This document shows, in pieces, positions 34,047-46,548 of a stretch of DNA of 64,000 bases. Made by a program: the position numbers and the translations under genes. Position 1 is the stretch's first letter. Each line of letters begins with the position of its first letter. The DNA is from Paraphysomonas bandaiensis (taxonomy: Eukaryota; Protista; Chrysophyceae). The notes below the pieces were generated by a model. The model was not told the origin of the DNA, searched no databases, and saw nothing but the letters and a program-made list of their open reading frames with translations. Where the stretch lies: positions 1 through 64,000 of the forward strand of contig CBFFRP010000281.1 in the NCBI GenBank assembly GCA_965644295.1, written 5' to 3'.

Positions 34047-37000
34047 TCAAACTAGCCACCTAGGTCGCTTGTGGCTTGTTAATTGTGATTTAGGTGTCTC
34101 TGAGGTTGTTGATCGCTTCCTGTTGTTGCTGGATGGGATGTCGAACCCAGCTCCCCCCATCAATGTAGTTCGCAATTGAAGAAAATTAGTTGCTCCTAGT
34201 GGTTTCGTGAGAAGATCGGCTAACATTGACGTGGTGGGAATATGGTCAACAGTCAATTGGTTTTCGGCAATATTTTCTCGAATGAAATGATACCGTATCG
34301 CAATATGTTTCGTACGACGATGATGAGTAGGATTGTAACATAATTGGACTGCCCCTTTATTATCGCACCAAATAGTTGTTGAGAATGGAAGTTTGAAACC
34401 AATTTCTGATAATAAAGAGCGTAGCCATAATGCTTCCTGAGCTGCTGACGATAGAGCCATATACTCAGCTTCAGTAGATGACAATGCCACAGTTGTCTGT
34501 AATCGAGATTGCCATGATATAAGACAATTACCTATGAAGAATGTAAAAGCTGTAGTGGACCGTCGAGTGAGGTGACACCGTGCCCAATCGCTATCGCAGT
34601 ATCCTGACAATGTTATGTGGGATCCAGAATATATCAATCCTTGCTTAGCAGTGCCTTTGAGATACCTAAGAACATGTAACGCAGCATTACAGGTAGTTAG
34701 ATTAGGCATATCAGAAAATCTGGCAAGAGTATTGACTGCATAAGCGATATCCGGTCGAGTGCATACAGCTAGATACATCAGGGAACCTATGAGTTCCTTG
34801 TAGGGGAAATTCTGAACATAACTTTGATTTGACTCTGAAAGATGATTGTATTCATGTAAATCATAGTTGAAAGACAGTAACATAGGTGTTGACATGGGTT
34901 TACTGTCGGACATGTTGAATTTGTCCAGTAGTTTTCTGACATACTGCTCCTGACTGAGAGTTGTGATATTTTTGTCAAAATCTTGATGAATGGAGATGCC
35001 CAAGTAATAATCTAGGAGTCCGAGATCCGTAATTTCGAACTTTTTGGATAAATGGTCTTTGAATTGTTGGATATCAGTGTCGGATGTAGATGCTATAATA
35101 ATATCGTCCACATACATGGCTATTAGCATAATCCTGCCATTAATCTGCTTTTTGAATATACACGGGTCAGATATTAGTCTGGTGAAACCCATATCTAGCA
35201 TAAAATTTGTACAGCACTTATACCAGTTAAGACCTGCTTGCTTTAGACCATAGATGCTTTTCATCAGTTTGAGGACTTTTCCGTCAGGGACGTCCATGCC
35301 AGGAGGGGGATGCATGTATATGTCCTCTTCGAGGTCAGCATTGATGTACGCAGTTGTGAAATCGATTTGGTGCAATTTGAGTTTCATAATAGTCGAAAGG
35401 GCAATAATTGTACGTAGTGATGTAGCCTTCGCGACGGGGCTGTATGTATCATTGTAATCGATGCCTTGGATTTGAGTAAAACCCTGTGCGACTAGTCGAG
35501 CCTTGAATTTGATATCATTCTGTTTTCTTTTTATTTTGAATATGAGTTTCCCCTTTATGGCTCTTGCTCCAGGTGGTAACGCAGTGTATCTCCAGCACCC
35601 TTTCCTCTGAAGAGTGGATATTTCTCTATTGATAGCATCGATCCACTGCTGTTTATATTTACCTGAAATAGCATCTTGAACACTCTTTGGTGTATCGGTT
35701 AGCTCGTCAATGTCATCGCAATTACTGATAGCATGCATAACAATATCAATATTGTTTGTATGTAATTTTGATATACATTGTGTGTCATGTGCCATATGAT
35801 TTACTACATGTTTGGCATTTACATCACATGTATATACACCATCACCAAGTTTATGTATATTTACAATTACCCGTTTCCTGGCCATTCTCTTGCTTCGGAG
35901 AACACTCTTTTTACCAGCTAAAAATTGCTGTTTTGCTGTAGCACGGACCTTACTTGGCCCTTCAGGTGTATCCTGATTTTCCCAATCTCCCGATGAATCA
36001 GCAGGCTTGTTGCAGCGTTTGGCCACACGCTGACGCACACGATCCACTTGACCGTGTGGTGCCGGATTCGGCACTAGATTCCCATTGAATTTTTTCGGAG
36101 GGCGAGTCTTCGCTATCTTTGCATCGGAGTGGGTAGGTTCACACCGATGGCTGCTGATTCTCTCCTGCGCGGCATCATGATGTCTTAGATTCACGCCACT
36201 CCCCCTGGAAGTAGCGTCTGGCGCTGGAGATCCATTAACTGTATCGGGGTCTCGATCTGATTTGCTGGATTTATGTATTGGATTTTTCGATCGAGAAGTA
36301 TTACATTTGAGACCAACTGCTTTGAGTTCAATGTAGTCTTCAGTATACTTTTCGACGTCTGCAGCATGAATGGGGTCTTCGAGCTGGATGAGTCGTGTCT
36401 TGTCACCGCTGTCGTCCACTAGACCACGATACGCTGCGATTAATCCTTTTCTGAGCTTTATTTGAGTCGTTACATATGTTAATCCATCGTCTGGATCTAC
36501 ATGAGCTAGACCTATGAGATATTTGAAACTTTCTACTGTCCTGGAGGTCTCATTCTCTCTGAAGATCTCATTTATCTCCTTAAAATATCTCTTATCCGCT
36601 GGTGGAACGCATTCGTTGAAAAATACATGTCCTGATATAACAAAGTCTCTTAATGCGGGAACGAAGACTATATATCCAGGACCATCCTCTCGATAGCCCA
36701 TAAAATACCCAGGCCAGCTATGTCTGTCCCAATTGTTCTTTCGGAGACTGGAATCGATATTCACAAAGCATTTACATCCCCATATTCTGGCATAACTCAA
36801 GTCTGGTATTTCGTTTTCGATGAATTGGAGTGGGGACATAAATCCTTTAGCTGTTTGACACGGTAACCTGTTCTTGATGTGTATTGTCGCCCTTGAGGCT
36901 TGTTCCCAGAAATTCGGTGGGAGTCCAGAGTCGATAAGGCTGCTGAGTGCTCGTTCTTTAGTTGTCCGCCATGATCGCTCTTGGAATGGGTTATCCTCAG

Positions 37001-39040
37001 GGGTATACGGGGAGTTGAAAGTCCATGTAGCCCCTATTGATTGAAGATACTCTAGAACTTTCTTGATACCAGTTCCTTCCCGCCATCCGCATGATAATGT
37101 TGTAGGCGTTTGCCTTTACTATGTAGATACATAACAACTTTCTGGATGGATTGGATGACAAAATCTTCATCTCTCGTTGGTCCGTAGGAGTCCCATTGGT
37201 GTCTGGAAGCTACATCAGTCATCCCGAGTATGTAACGGTTGCCAGTAATGATTGCCTCTGGTGCATGAGGTCCAGAAAAATCGGCTACTACTAGCTCCCC
37301 CAGCTCATTTGCTCTTCTTACACGCTTGAGCAGCATTTGTCTGATAGCGTGTCTATGTTTTCGGCGATGAGATTTACCACTAGCACAACCATCACATAGG
37401 CCACCCGATAAAGAAGTAGCATTCATCTCCGACTTCGTTAACTTAATACCCGTTACTAATTTTGACTGTACAGCTTTCTGTATGAGTCCAATTGAAGAAT
37501 GTGCCAATCTCTTATGTGCTAGAGTTGCGAGTGGGCCTGAAGCAGTTGAAGCAAGGTGGGATACGTCAATAGGAGTACCGAGGTCTGTTAACGGAATTTC
37601 ATATAGGCCTCCAACTCTCTTACCCTTTGATAGCAGTATTTCATCTTTATATATCTCAACTGATTGGTTTCCGAACAAGATTTTATACCCTAGGTCATCT
37701 AATTGGCTGATGGACACGAGTGTCCTTGAAGCATGATCCACGTGCTTGCACTTGGGGATAATACCAAGTCTTCCATGTCCTGAAGAGGTCATAGTTGATC
37801 CTGACTTAGCTGTTTGAATGTCGGTGAGGCATTCCTCATAATTGGTGATGTATCCGGCTTCAGGTGTGATGGAGACTGTGCAGCCAGAATCAAGGGTTCC
37901 CATTCCGGCTTCTTGATCAAAAACGAAGTTTGTTTCGTCGTTTGTTGGATATCCGACTCCTCCGAAGTCTCGTCCTTTCTGTTGTAGTGGACCACTGTCT
38001 TCATAATCTGCAAACTGGTCGGATTCGTCGTTTTCAGTGCTCTGGTGGGTCTGGAATCTAACCTTTTTGAATTTCCTACTGGTTGATTTGTTTCCAGAGG
38101 AACTCTTCATTTGTTGGATCCTTTCCCATGAGTGTTTGCATTCTGAAGCGATGTGTCCTTTTCCATCGCATCGGAAACACGTAATGTCCTTGTCAGCTCT
38201 CTTGTCATGTTTCGGTTTATTGGAACGGTTTCTGAAAGATGTCCCCTTTTTGCGTTTAGAATTCACTTTATTTCGGGAAAATGGGGGTTTTGAGGCTGCA
38301 AGCTGAATACTGTCGGTTTTTGATTCTTCGTTGCTTGACAAGAGCATTCCGACAGACGAGCTTCCTAATCCGCGTAGTCTGCGTATGAGTGTTTTGTAGT
38401 CATCGATAGGGTGCATCTGCAGGTTGATCGCCAGTTCACGATACGTCATATTTTCTTTGGATACCAGGCCTTGTCGAATGCGTGATATGAGATCTTGGTC
38501 ACTTATCCGATGACCATAATTAATCAGCTTGTTTCGGAGCTTTTCGACAGCGTCAAGAAAGTTGATTATCGACTGACCTTTTTTGATTTTTATGCTCTGA
38601 AACTGGCCAATCAGATCAGTGATGACGTCGTTAGTCGTTTTTTCTTTGAAGTGGTTGAGCAAGTCCGTCCAGGCGGTTTTACCGTCTCCATCGGGGACGT
38701 TCTCCAAAATCCCTTCAGCCTCTTCATTCTGACCAATGATAGAGCTTGCAATGACTGACCATAGGTAGTTATTACCTTCATCATAATATCGTTTCGCATC
38801 CTGATACTGTTCGAGTCGATACTGGTAGTCCTCGTCATCTGAGTTTTCTCCTGCTTCAGGCTCAATTGGGTGATCGTTCTGTAGAGTATAAACGATCTTA
38901 GGCTTGCGATAGAACCATGCACGGCACTTCTTCTGCCACCTGGAGAAGTTCTTCGCATCGAATTTTGGCATTGAGTCCTTTCGCTTGTCGGTTGTCGAAT
39001 CCGAGTCGGTTGAGTCGTAACTTGTAACTTTAACTGACAT
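34047..39040 (-). pseudogene. Copia gag-pol polyprotein broken by a 1-nt frameshift in the integrase core (~37060)
   Basis: CFRCDGKGHIASEC zinc knuckle, LDSGCT protease, H..H...CDGC, D-D-E integrase, RT with KARLVAQG/SIYGLKQAG/YVDD and RNase H with YCDSDW/TEAEY/CDN. The ORF-track pieces 37052-39040 and 34047-36839 are in different frames. Confidence 0.9.
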
Positions 39041-39050
39041 CTCGCTACCA

Positions 39051-39314
39051 AATAAAGAATTGATCTTTATAATAGTAAAACAATGTTGTGATTATTAGAG
39101 TGTAAGTAATGAACACGATAGAGTGAAAATTATGAATAACAATATAGAACGTACATCATGCACAACGGAATAGTTAGAAGTGTAACTGATAATGACGACG
39201 TTATGATGACGATCACGTATCTTCGACAGATACTCTCTCTAATTCAGTTCATGGTATATTTCATTGAACATTATAACTCACAGATGCAATCATGTGTTAA
39301 GCTGAATCCTAATA
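39051..39314 (-). repeat. 5' LTR of the copia element
   Basis: Direct repeat of 33583-33846, abutting the PBS. Confidence 0.96.
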
Positions 39315-39336
39315 GGTAATAAGCTGTTTCAGTATT

Positions 39337-39520
39337 AAGATCAAACTATTTCAGTTTCTCAATATCATCACAGCATTTGTACATCACTATATTTTCACTG
39401 TATTCTCGTACATTGTTTTCAAGTGACATACTGAATATACTAGAATAAGATCCATATTCTAATAACGAAGACTGTAGTTAATCAGTATCGAGGGGGCGTA
39501 TTACTTATTCTATTAGCATT
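39337..39520. mobile_element. Relics of older related LTR elements
   Basis: 39337-39464 matches 55329-55459, both ending ATTCTAATA. 39490-39503 reads GAGGGGGCG-TATTA, the same PPT/LTR-start junction as the intact copia but on the opposite strand. Confidence 0.6.
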
Positions 39521-39717
39521 GTAGCACTGATTTTGCATAAGCACTACAACAATTAGGGTTAGCACGAAACATATCATCAATATTAACGAAACACTGTACA
39601 CACGAAAACCACAGAGGCTATTTCGTAGCCGTATATCCATAATGCGAAATTGTGTTCTACATCATTTCGTCATATAATGAGAAAGATAAATATTTCAAAC
39701 TTCCAGTGCAAACTATT

Positions 39718-42119
39718 TCATTGCTGACGGTCTACGGTAGCTTTTTCGTCTCCGAGAAAGCTCTGCTTCTCTCTGTTCATTTCTTTCTTGCTGCTGTAAA
39801 CGTCTAGCCTCCTGTTCTTCCATCATGACAATATCGCGCGCAGCATACTGCACAAGCTCCAATCCTCCATCAGTAAGAAGGAAAAATGGAATGCCGCTAC
39901 ATAAAAGTTAGAACAGAGGGTTAGTATAAGAGAGTGTGCCTACAAGAGATGTTTATGAGGATCTTCTGCTGCAATTCTTAATTCAGCTGTCGGCATTCGG
40001 AGATATCTCCTTGCATCGGACTTATTAAGAGTCTGGTCAGATCAGATATCATAAAAAAGGATATGTTAGCTTTTCACATAATCTTACAGGTTTCGCAGCC
40101 TTTTGTAGTTGTTCCCATCTGCAGGAGGCCATGGTGCAATACTTGAATCGCTCATTGGCAAGAATGGCCTTGGCATGTTTCATGTACACTGGGTCTTCAG
40201 CAACACTCTCCTCAGATTGCGAGAATACTCCACTTTGTGATGCGTCTCGTAGTCCTTTCATATTTACTCGGCGCTTCTTCATCGTTAATAAGTTGCGTAT
40301 ATTGCAGCGCATCTAGCGTGCAAACATTAACGTGCGCAATAATATAGGCTTAATTTTTTACTCTTTCAACGTGCTTCACTGTTTCTCCATACATACGTGT
40401 TTGCATCGTTGCTCGAACAGATTCAATCTAGCACGAAGTAGAATTAATATACAAATAATATCAATTCTTCCAACCTCATCTCGTCGTAGTTGCTTACGAC
40501 GTACGATCCTTCTCGCAACAACAGCCTTATCAAGTGCCAAGCATAATAACTGAATAAAGCACATATGTAAATCTTAGACAGCAACAGAAAATAATTACAC
40601 CTTCAGTCGAGCTCGCGTACACACGAGATATCCACGACACCACTTTTGGACCTGCGACAACACTAAAGCATATATAAAATCATAAACGTGGCAAAAATAC
40701 CATAGTGATATTTCTCCGAAATGTATACATTTGTGTAGCCCTCGTATTGACAGAAACTGCAGATTTAATGAAGTGCTATACACCTATTATTAGTAGAGAA
40801 GTACATAGCATTGGATAATGGCTTGCCGTTAGAATGCTTGTTGCGGCTCGTCTCTGCCGTAACTCCCTCTTAGCCCAGAGCATACACGACACCATTTTGT
40901 AGACGGAAATGTACTTAATGTGTCTCTTCAAAAGTGCACGGCTTTTATATTCTTTGAACCACCTTTAAGTCCAAGAATCAGTTCGTAATCATAAATGTAA
41001 AAACACTGACCTGGCAATTCGTGTGGCACTACAATTTCTGAGTGCTTTTAACCTCATCTGAGCGCGGTAAGATAGAAGGTCAGCTGCGGACAGGTGTAAC
41101 ACACTGTTTGACCACATAAAAATTTAGCATAGAAAATCTTCATCTAGAGAGTGTACCTTGCGCGGCTCATGTGAGAAACTATATGAAGCCATATCATTTG
41201 TCGTTGACGACGTTCCATAGCAGCTTCACGATTCAGCTTGAATTTAATCTTCTTTGCCTTTTTTTCTTCGATCAATTGCAACTTTCTCTCCTTCTCCTGA
41301 CGTTGGATTTCATCTCGTTTTCGACGAATTTCTTTATTCGACATGGAAACATGCATTGCGCTTCCCCGTCGCTGAGAAGGTGGTGCTCGCTTTGCGTCTA
41401 TCTCATTTCGTCTTGGTCTCGCCCAGTCATCGTCACTAGTGTTGTCATGTATCTCACCGTGTAGAGAGTGCACAAAACTAAGTTCCGCCAGCTCAGTACT
41501 ATCTAATCCATCAATAGTAGATATCCTCGCAATGTCTTCATACTCCTGATTCTCGCTATGTGTAGCAGAAGTCCTTTCTCTGAATCTTTTCACATGTCTG
41601 CTTCGCTTTCTCTGTAGCTTGTTCGCCTTCTCAGTGTCAATATCATCCACGATCTGCGCTATTAGCGCAGGATCAATCTCTCTCTTCACACCAGAGCCCA
41701 GCTTTGAAGCTAATATTGCATTCGCCTTTTCTTCATAAACACGTTCGCGTCTGTTTTTAATAGCTTGTTTCCGCAAAGCCTCCATAGTAGACATAGGTAT
41801 TGGCTTAGGAAAAATATCATCACGATGTTGTTGCCTGTAAAATACAGTCACATGCAATGAGTGCATATATAGTAACTTACGGCACAAAACACGACTTCGA
41901 CTGTGGAATGCGTTTACAGTTCCTCATTTGTCGCAGTGCGTCATGAACATGACTCTTGCAACCGGCTGATTTGGGTCTCTGAGAGTGAATAGAAGAGGCG
42001 GATATTGATGCTAATGCTGGTGATGGTGAGGACGATGAGGGGGCTCGATTGGCTCTGTATGTGTCACGAGTCAGAGCCATGTCATCCAGCACACTCACAA
42101 CACTTCGACTGCCTGACAT
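39718..42119 (-). CDS. Multi-exon basic coiled-coil protein with IQ-like motifs
   Basis: Exons joined by short GT-AG introns; ATRIAR/WFK and VQKWCRGYL IQ-like segments; N-terminal RPKSAG. Internal exon boundaries are uncertain. Confidence 0.55.
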
Positions 42120-43978
42120 CAGTATGCTTGTGGTTATAGTCGCAGTTATTCAGGGAAAATATAAGCAGTTATGTATATATATATCAATAATCACAGATCA
42201 GCGCATCCTCATAGTGCTGTGTATGCACAGTACACTATATGCATATGTACTACAGCAGCATGCGGTAGATCGATAGGTGAGATGGAGTCGACACACGACT
42301 ATCAGTAGCCCACTGTGCTATAATACTGAGCAACACTCGTGTAGATTAGTGCATTGCGCGGCCTATGAACGCTCTGATATACAGTACCACATATCACAGT
42401 GTACAGTGAAGTCAAGTGAAGTCAAGTGAAGTGAGCCTATAGCAGCATTATAGGAAGTATTGTGCTGTAGCTGTAATCCGATACACATAACCGTCCAATG
42501 TGTTGTTTTGATGTTAAAAAACACATGTTTGATTTTTCTTTAGTATAAAAATGCCCACTTTCGAGTAGTGTGTAGCTAAAATACGGTATATTAGAAGGTT
42601 AGCAGTCCCTGAGCGTAGTTGCTCTCTACGTCTAGATGTATGAACATTCATGTGGACGAAGTGTTACGTTTCACGTATTTGAGTGTCGGGAATGTGTGAT
42701 GGCGGATATAATATCTGATAAGTGTGGCTATGGAAGGCACGGTTATGTGATAGTTGACGGGAGTACACTGCTGTATGTAATTATCGGTTGAACTTACTCC
42801 GATTTGAGTAGAACGGATTATAGCCTATCACTTATCCGCAATGAAAGATCATTTCTCCGCTATATCTGCATTAAAGTGTACACGGCATATATTTGAAATG
42901 CACAGATGACGCCGAGATATATATACACCTGAAGAAGGCTAAGAAAATCAATCCAGAACACTTTTAACTAGAGCGCATAGTCAATACACAACAATAACGA
43001 ATATATCATATACAATTTTATAACCACGATTACTTTACTCTCTGAACAAAGTTTTACTTTTTCCGAAAGTAAATTGTGGGACCATGTGCAATTGTGGGGG
43101 TACTATTGAACAAGAAATCTTATATTTACACTAATTACAAACCCTTGAAGATTTTCAATACAAACTGTATATGGAAAATACTTCCCACTGATGTCTCAGT
43201 CAAGATTATATGTCTATTTAGTACATCATGTTGATGGCGGTGAATATATCTGCCTCCTATTATCAACACAATGCTGCATCGAATCCCATATATATATAGA
43301 TGTATATCGTACCCGTAGAGCTTTAGCAAATGTAATGTTGAGAAATCCGATTCCCAATGACCCGTTTAATAGTATTGTACAATCAGTAACCAAGAGAAGA
43401 ATGAGTACGTCGTATTCACACAATACACACCATAATTTCTGCATATTCTCTGTGTAGCTAACTCATTATAAAGTTTAACTATATTCTTAATAGTTGATCG
43501 GATCTCTCCATGTTGTCAGTAGCAATTCCGAAAACCACAAACCATTTTACTATGGCTTAGTTATATAACAAACAGCGCAGCGGCACTGTATTCGATCTAG
43601 AAGAAATGCCTGTATATACGTAAACTCTTTCTCTCTATTTGTGACCTTACTCTATATGAGCCAACGCTTTGAACTTAGAACTGAACAATACAGCCAGGTC
43701 TCCTACCACTCCGACCTATGGCCCATCCATTTTAATATTTTCATTAGAATGTCTCTATAACTAGTATTTTAAGGTGCATATGTGTGTGCAAACTTTCTTG
43801 ATGAATGTGGTTACGAGTTTCTAAATCATATTTACAGAGTTATAGCTCCCAGAGATTCACTGTCCGATTGACATAGTATAACTACAGTTGCAAAATCAGC
43901 GAACCACTTAACACCAACTAGTACTCAAGCATCACATATAAGCTTATGATACAAACATACACATGTTTTGAATTCGAA

Positions 43979-46065
43979 TTAGTCTCTTAACTCAATTTGC
44001 TTCACACGTGGAATATACGTCTTAGAAATTCGGTTTTGTGGAATACCTAACGTTTCTTTTATTCTATGAGTGCGATCCTCATGGAAGCAGTTTCTACAAA
44101 TGGATATTAGAAGGGACATGATGATAGAATATTTACCTCTGCGTGGCGAACATGTACTCCCTCATGTAATCACTAAATGTTTCCTCATCAGCACCACTTT
44201 CACGAATGTGTTTCGTTAACTCCACGATTCTGCGATAACATAATCATAAAATAAGACGACATGTCCATCCACATCGTACCTCGCATGTAATTTATATTCT
44301 TCTTCGCTGTCCAGTACAAAGGTTTGAGAGGAATCTTCATCTTGTTTAGCTTTTAGTAATGCATCCCTCTTTCGCTGCGTACTCTCCGAGCGATACATCT
44401 GCGCAACAAACAACACTTTTTATTATAAGCAAGCAATACAGGTAAAGCACCTCTTCCGTAGTGCCTTCCATGCCCACCGCATCCAGCCACCGCCCGAATG
44501 CAATTCTCTTGCCACGCCTCTGATGCAAAAGATCATCCAATGCCATCGTCAGTAGTGTATACGTGCGACTCTCTGTCCCTATCATAGAGCTGATATACTG
44601 CTTCTTAGTTTCAATTTTGGACGTTTGATTAGCATGTCGGGACAGCAAAACATCTGGAAAATCTTTCTCAAACGACCCAGAGGATATTCTATATCAGGGG
44701 CAGAAGTTAAAAATAAATAAGCAACAATTCATTCAAGTAGACCTACTTGGAATAATCAAACTTAATCGCATTGAGCACAAGGTTGTTTAGTCGTTCCTGT
44801 CGACTCTCTTCCGACTCCTCGTCACCCACCTCATCTTCGTCATCGAGTAATTCTCCCTCATCCCCACTTCGACCTTTGATCGCTCTTTTACTTGTACCCC
44901 GTCCAATGTACAAAGAAGAAATGCGGTGCATGGACGACATTATCGACCTTTGCTTCGAGAGACCAGGGGCAGCCTCGACAATATCTGTGCCTTGAGTAGC
45001 GTGTCTCTCATCCCCACTCACTGTACCGCCTATTTCCGGAAGTCCTCTTATACTCTCTCCTCTTCCTGACCTACTTGAAGCCTTAGCTTTCTTCAGTCCC
45101 GAAAAAGAGAGCATGAGAGACCGTTGCTTCGAGAGACCAGGACCAGTCTCAACAACGTCCCTACTCATTGCACCACCAATTTCCGAAATCCCTCTCACGC
45201 TCTCGCCTCTTCCTGATTTACTCCTTCCCTTAGCTCTTTTCAATCCCGAAGGATTGATACCAGCACGCTTCAGAAGCATACGAACCAACTCTTCTGCTTC
45301 CAGGTTCGCATTCTTCAGCCGTACAAAAGAACCGAACCCTACAGCACGACTCTTCTTCACTTTCCGTGACCGTTTTATCCAAAAGTCATGACCAAAGAGG
45401 CACATTCGGAAATGAGTTAAAAATGCATTTCCAAAAGTTAAAAATGTTGGGTTGCGTTTTCCGTATTCTGAGAACTCAGTCATTGCAACACCAAAATCAC
45501 CCGAATCGTCCATCTCATTAAATATCTCCATGGCGACTTTATCTAGCTGGCTTTTTTTTGTTTTATAAGAGAATTTCAAATATGTTTTCATGTCCTGAAG
45601 ATCTAACACTGTATATGAGTCACATGTCCCGGCCCGTCTTGATAAGAGTCGAAAAGTGAATTCTCTGGTCGCCTCCACATCAAGTATGAGATACTTTAGA
45701 CAGAAAGATAACAGCTCGTCTAACGATATGACTCCTGTTAACTTCTTATTGATAATATCGAATAATCTTCTCGTCCACTCATACTGCTTCTCGAATTGAA
45801 ACATATTACAGAACTCGTTAAAGGACATTTTATTTTTTCTGTCCGGGTCAACAGTCATCCATATGTTCAGCCATGCACACTGCTCTGTTGCATCCACGCA
45901 GAGATCGTTGAGGGTCTTGCGCAGTGTACCTGAGTTATTTTCATAGAAGCGAAGCACACTTGTATCGCTGTCCCGAGACACCTTAACAAAAAAATCGCGC
46001 ACACTCTGTCTCTTGGACTCTTTAACCGCTTGCAGCGGTGGGAGTGGGTCGGATGTACTCTTCAT
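43979..46065 (-). CDS. EF-hand protein (calcineurin-B/NCS-like N-half with a long low-complexity C-terminus), multi-exon
   Basis: EF-like loops DPDRKNKMSFNEF, NKKLTGVISLDEL and DDSGDFGVAMTEF; internal duplication SGRGES.RG..EIGG...PGLSKQRS; downstream exons to TAA 43979-43981. Confidence 0.7.
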
Positions 46066-46286
46066 GTCCACTTGAGATTGATGGTGGAGGGAAATAAGCA
46101 CTGAATCAGTAACATCATGCGGTAAGTTAAACCCACCACCCTCTACTCTTTGGACGAGCTACATAACACATAGCTATGTGTCCATATATGGTGTATGTAA
46201 ACTGTTACACTGCTAAAATCATATATTAAATCAGATATTAAATCAGATATATATATCATATATTTTTTCGAATTAACAAGTCGGGT

Positions 46287-46358
46287 GGGGATGTGGTCTA
46301 GGGGTATGATACTCGCTTAGGGTGCGAGTGGTCCCGGGTTCGAATCCCGGCATCCCCC
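46287..46358 (+). tRNA. tRNA-Pro(AGG)
   Basis: GGGGATG/CATCCCC acceptor stem, CTCGC-TTAGGGT-GCGAG anticodon arm, GGTTCGAATCC T-loop and a downstream T-run. Confidence 0.97.
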
Positions 46359-46476
46359 CATGGTTTTTCTACTCTTTTGTTCTCCCAGTTTTTTGATTTA
46401 GGCTGTCTAAAATCTGATAGTAACAAAGGTAGGCCAAAAAAAGTCATGTTTACAGCTGATTGGACTCAAAAACATG

Positions 46477-46548
46477 GGGGGATGCCGGGATTCGAACCCG
46501 GGACCACTCGCACCCTAAGCGAGTATCATACCCCTAGACCACATCCCC
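46477..46548 (-). tRNA. tRNA-Pro(AGG)
   Basis: Exact reverse complement of 46287-46358. Confidence 0.97.

Larger units (their letters stand above)
33583..39314 (-). mobile_element. Full-length Ty1/copia LTR retrotransposon, 5732 bp
   Basis: Two 264-bp LTRs with no difference visible by eye; TSD GGTAA (33578-33582 and 39315-39319); PBS TGGTAGCGAG (39041-39050); PPT TTGAGGGGGCG (33847-33857); domain order gag-PR-IN-RT-RH. Confidence 0.97.

Noticed and set aside
37052-37054. Stop-codon readthrough between gag and pol
   Set aside because: The downstream pol is in a different frame, and the break is inside integrase rather than at a gag/pol junction.
42600-43460. Possible degenerate transposon or pseudogene
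   Set aside because: No sustained frame, motif or second copy in the window.
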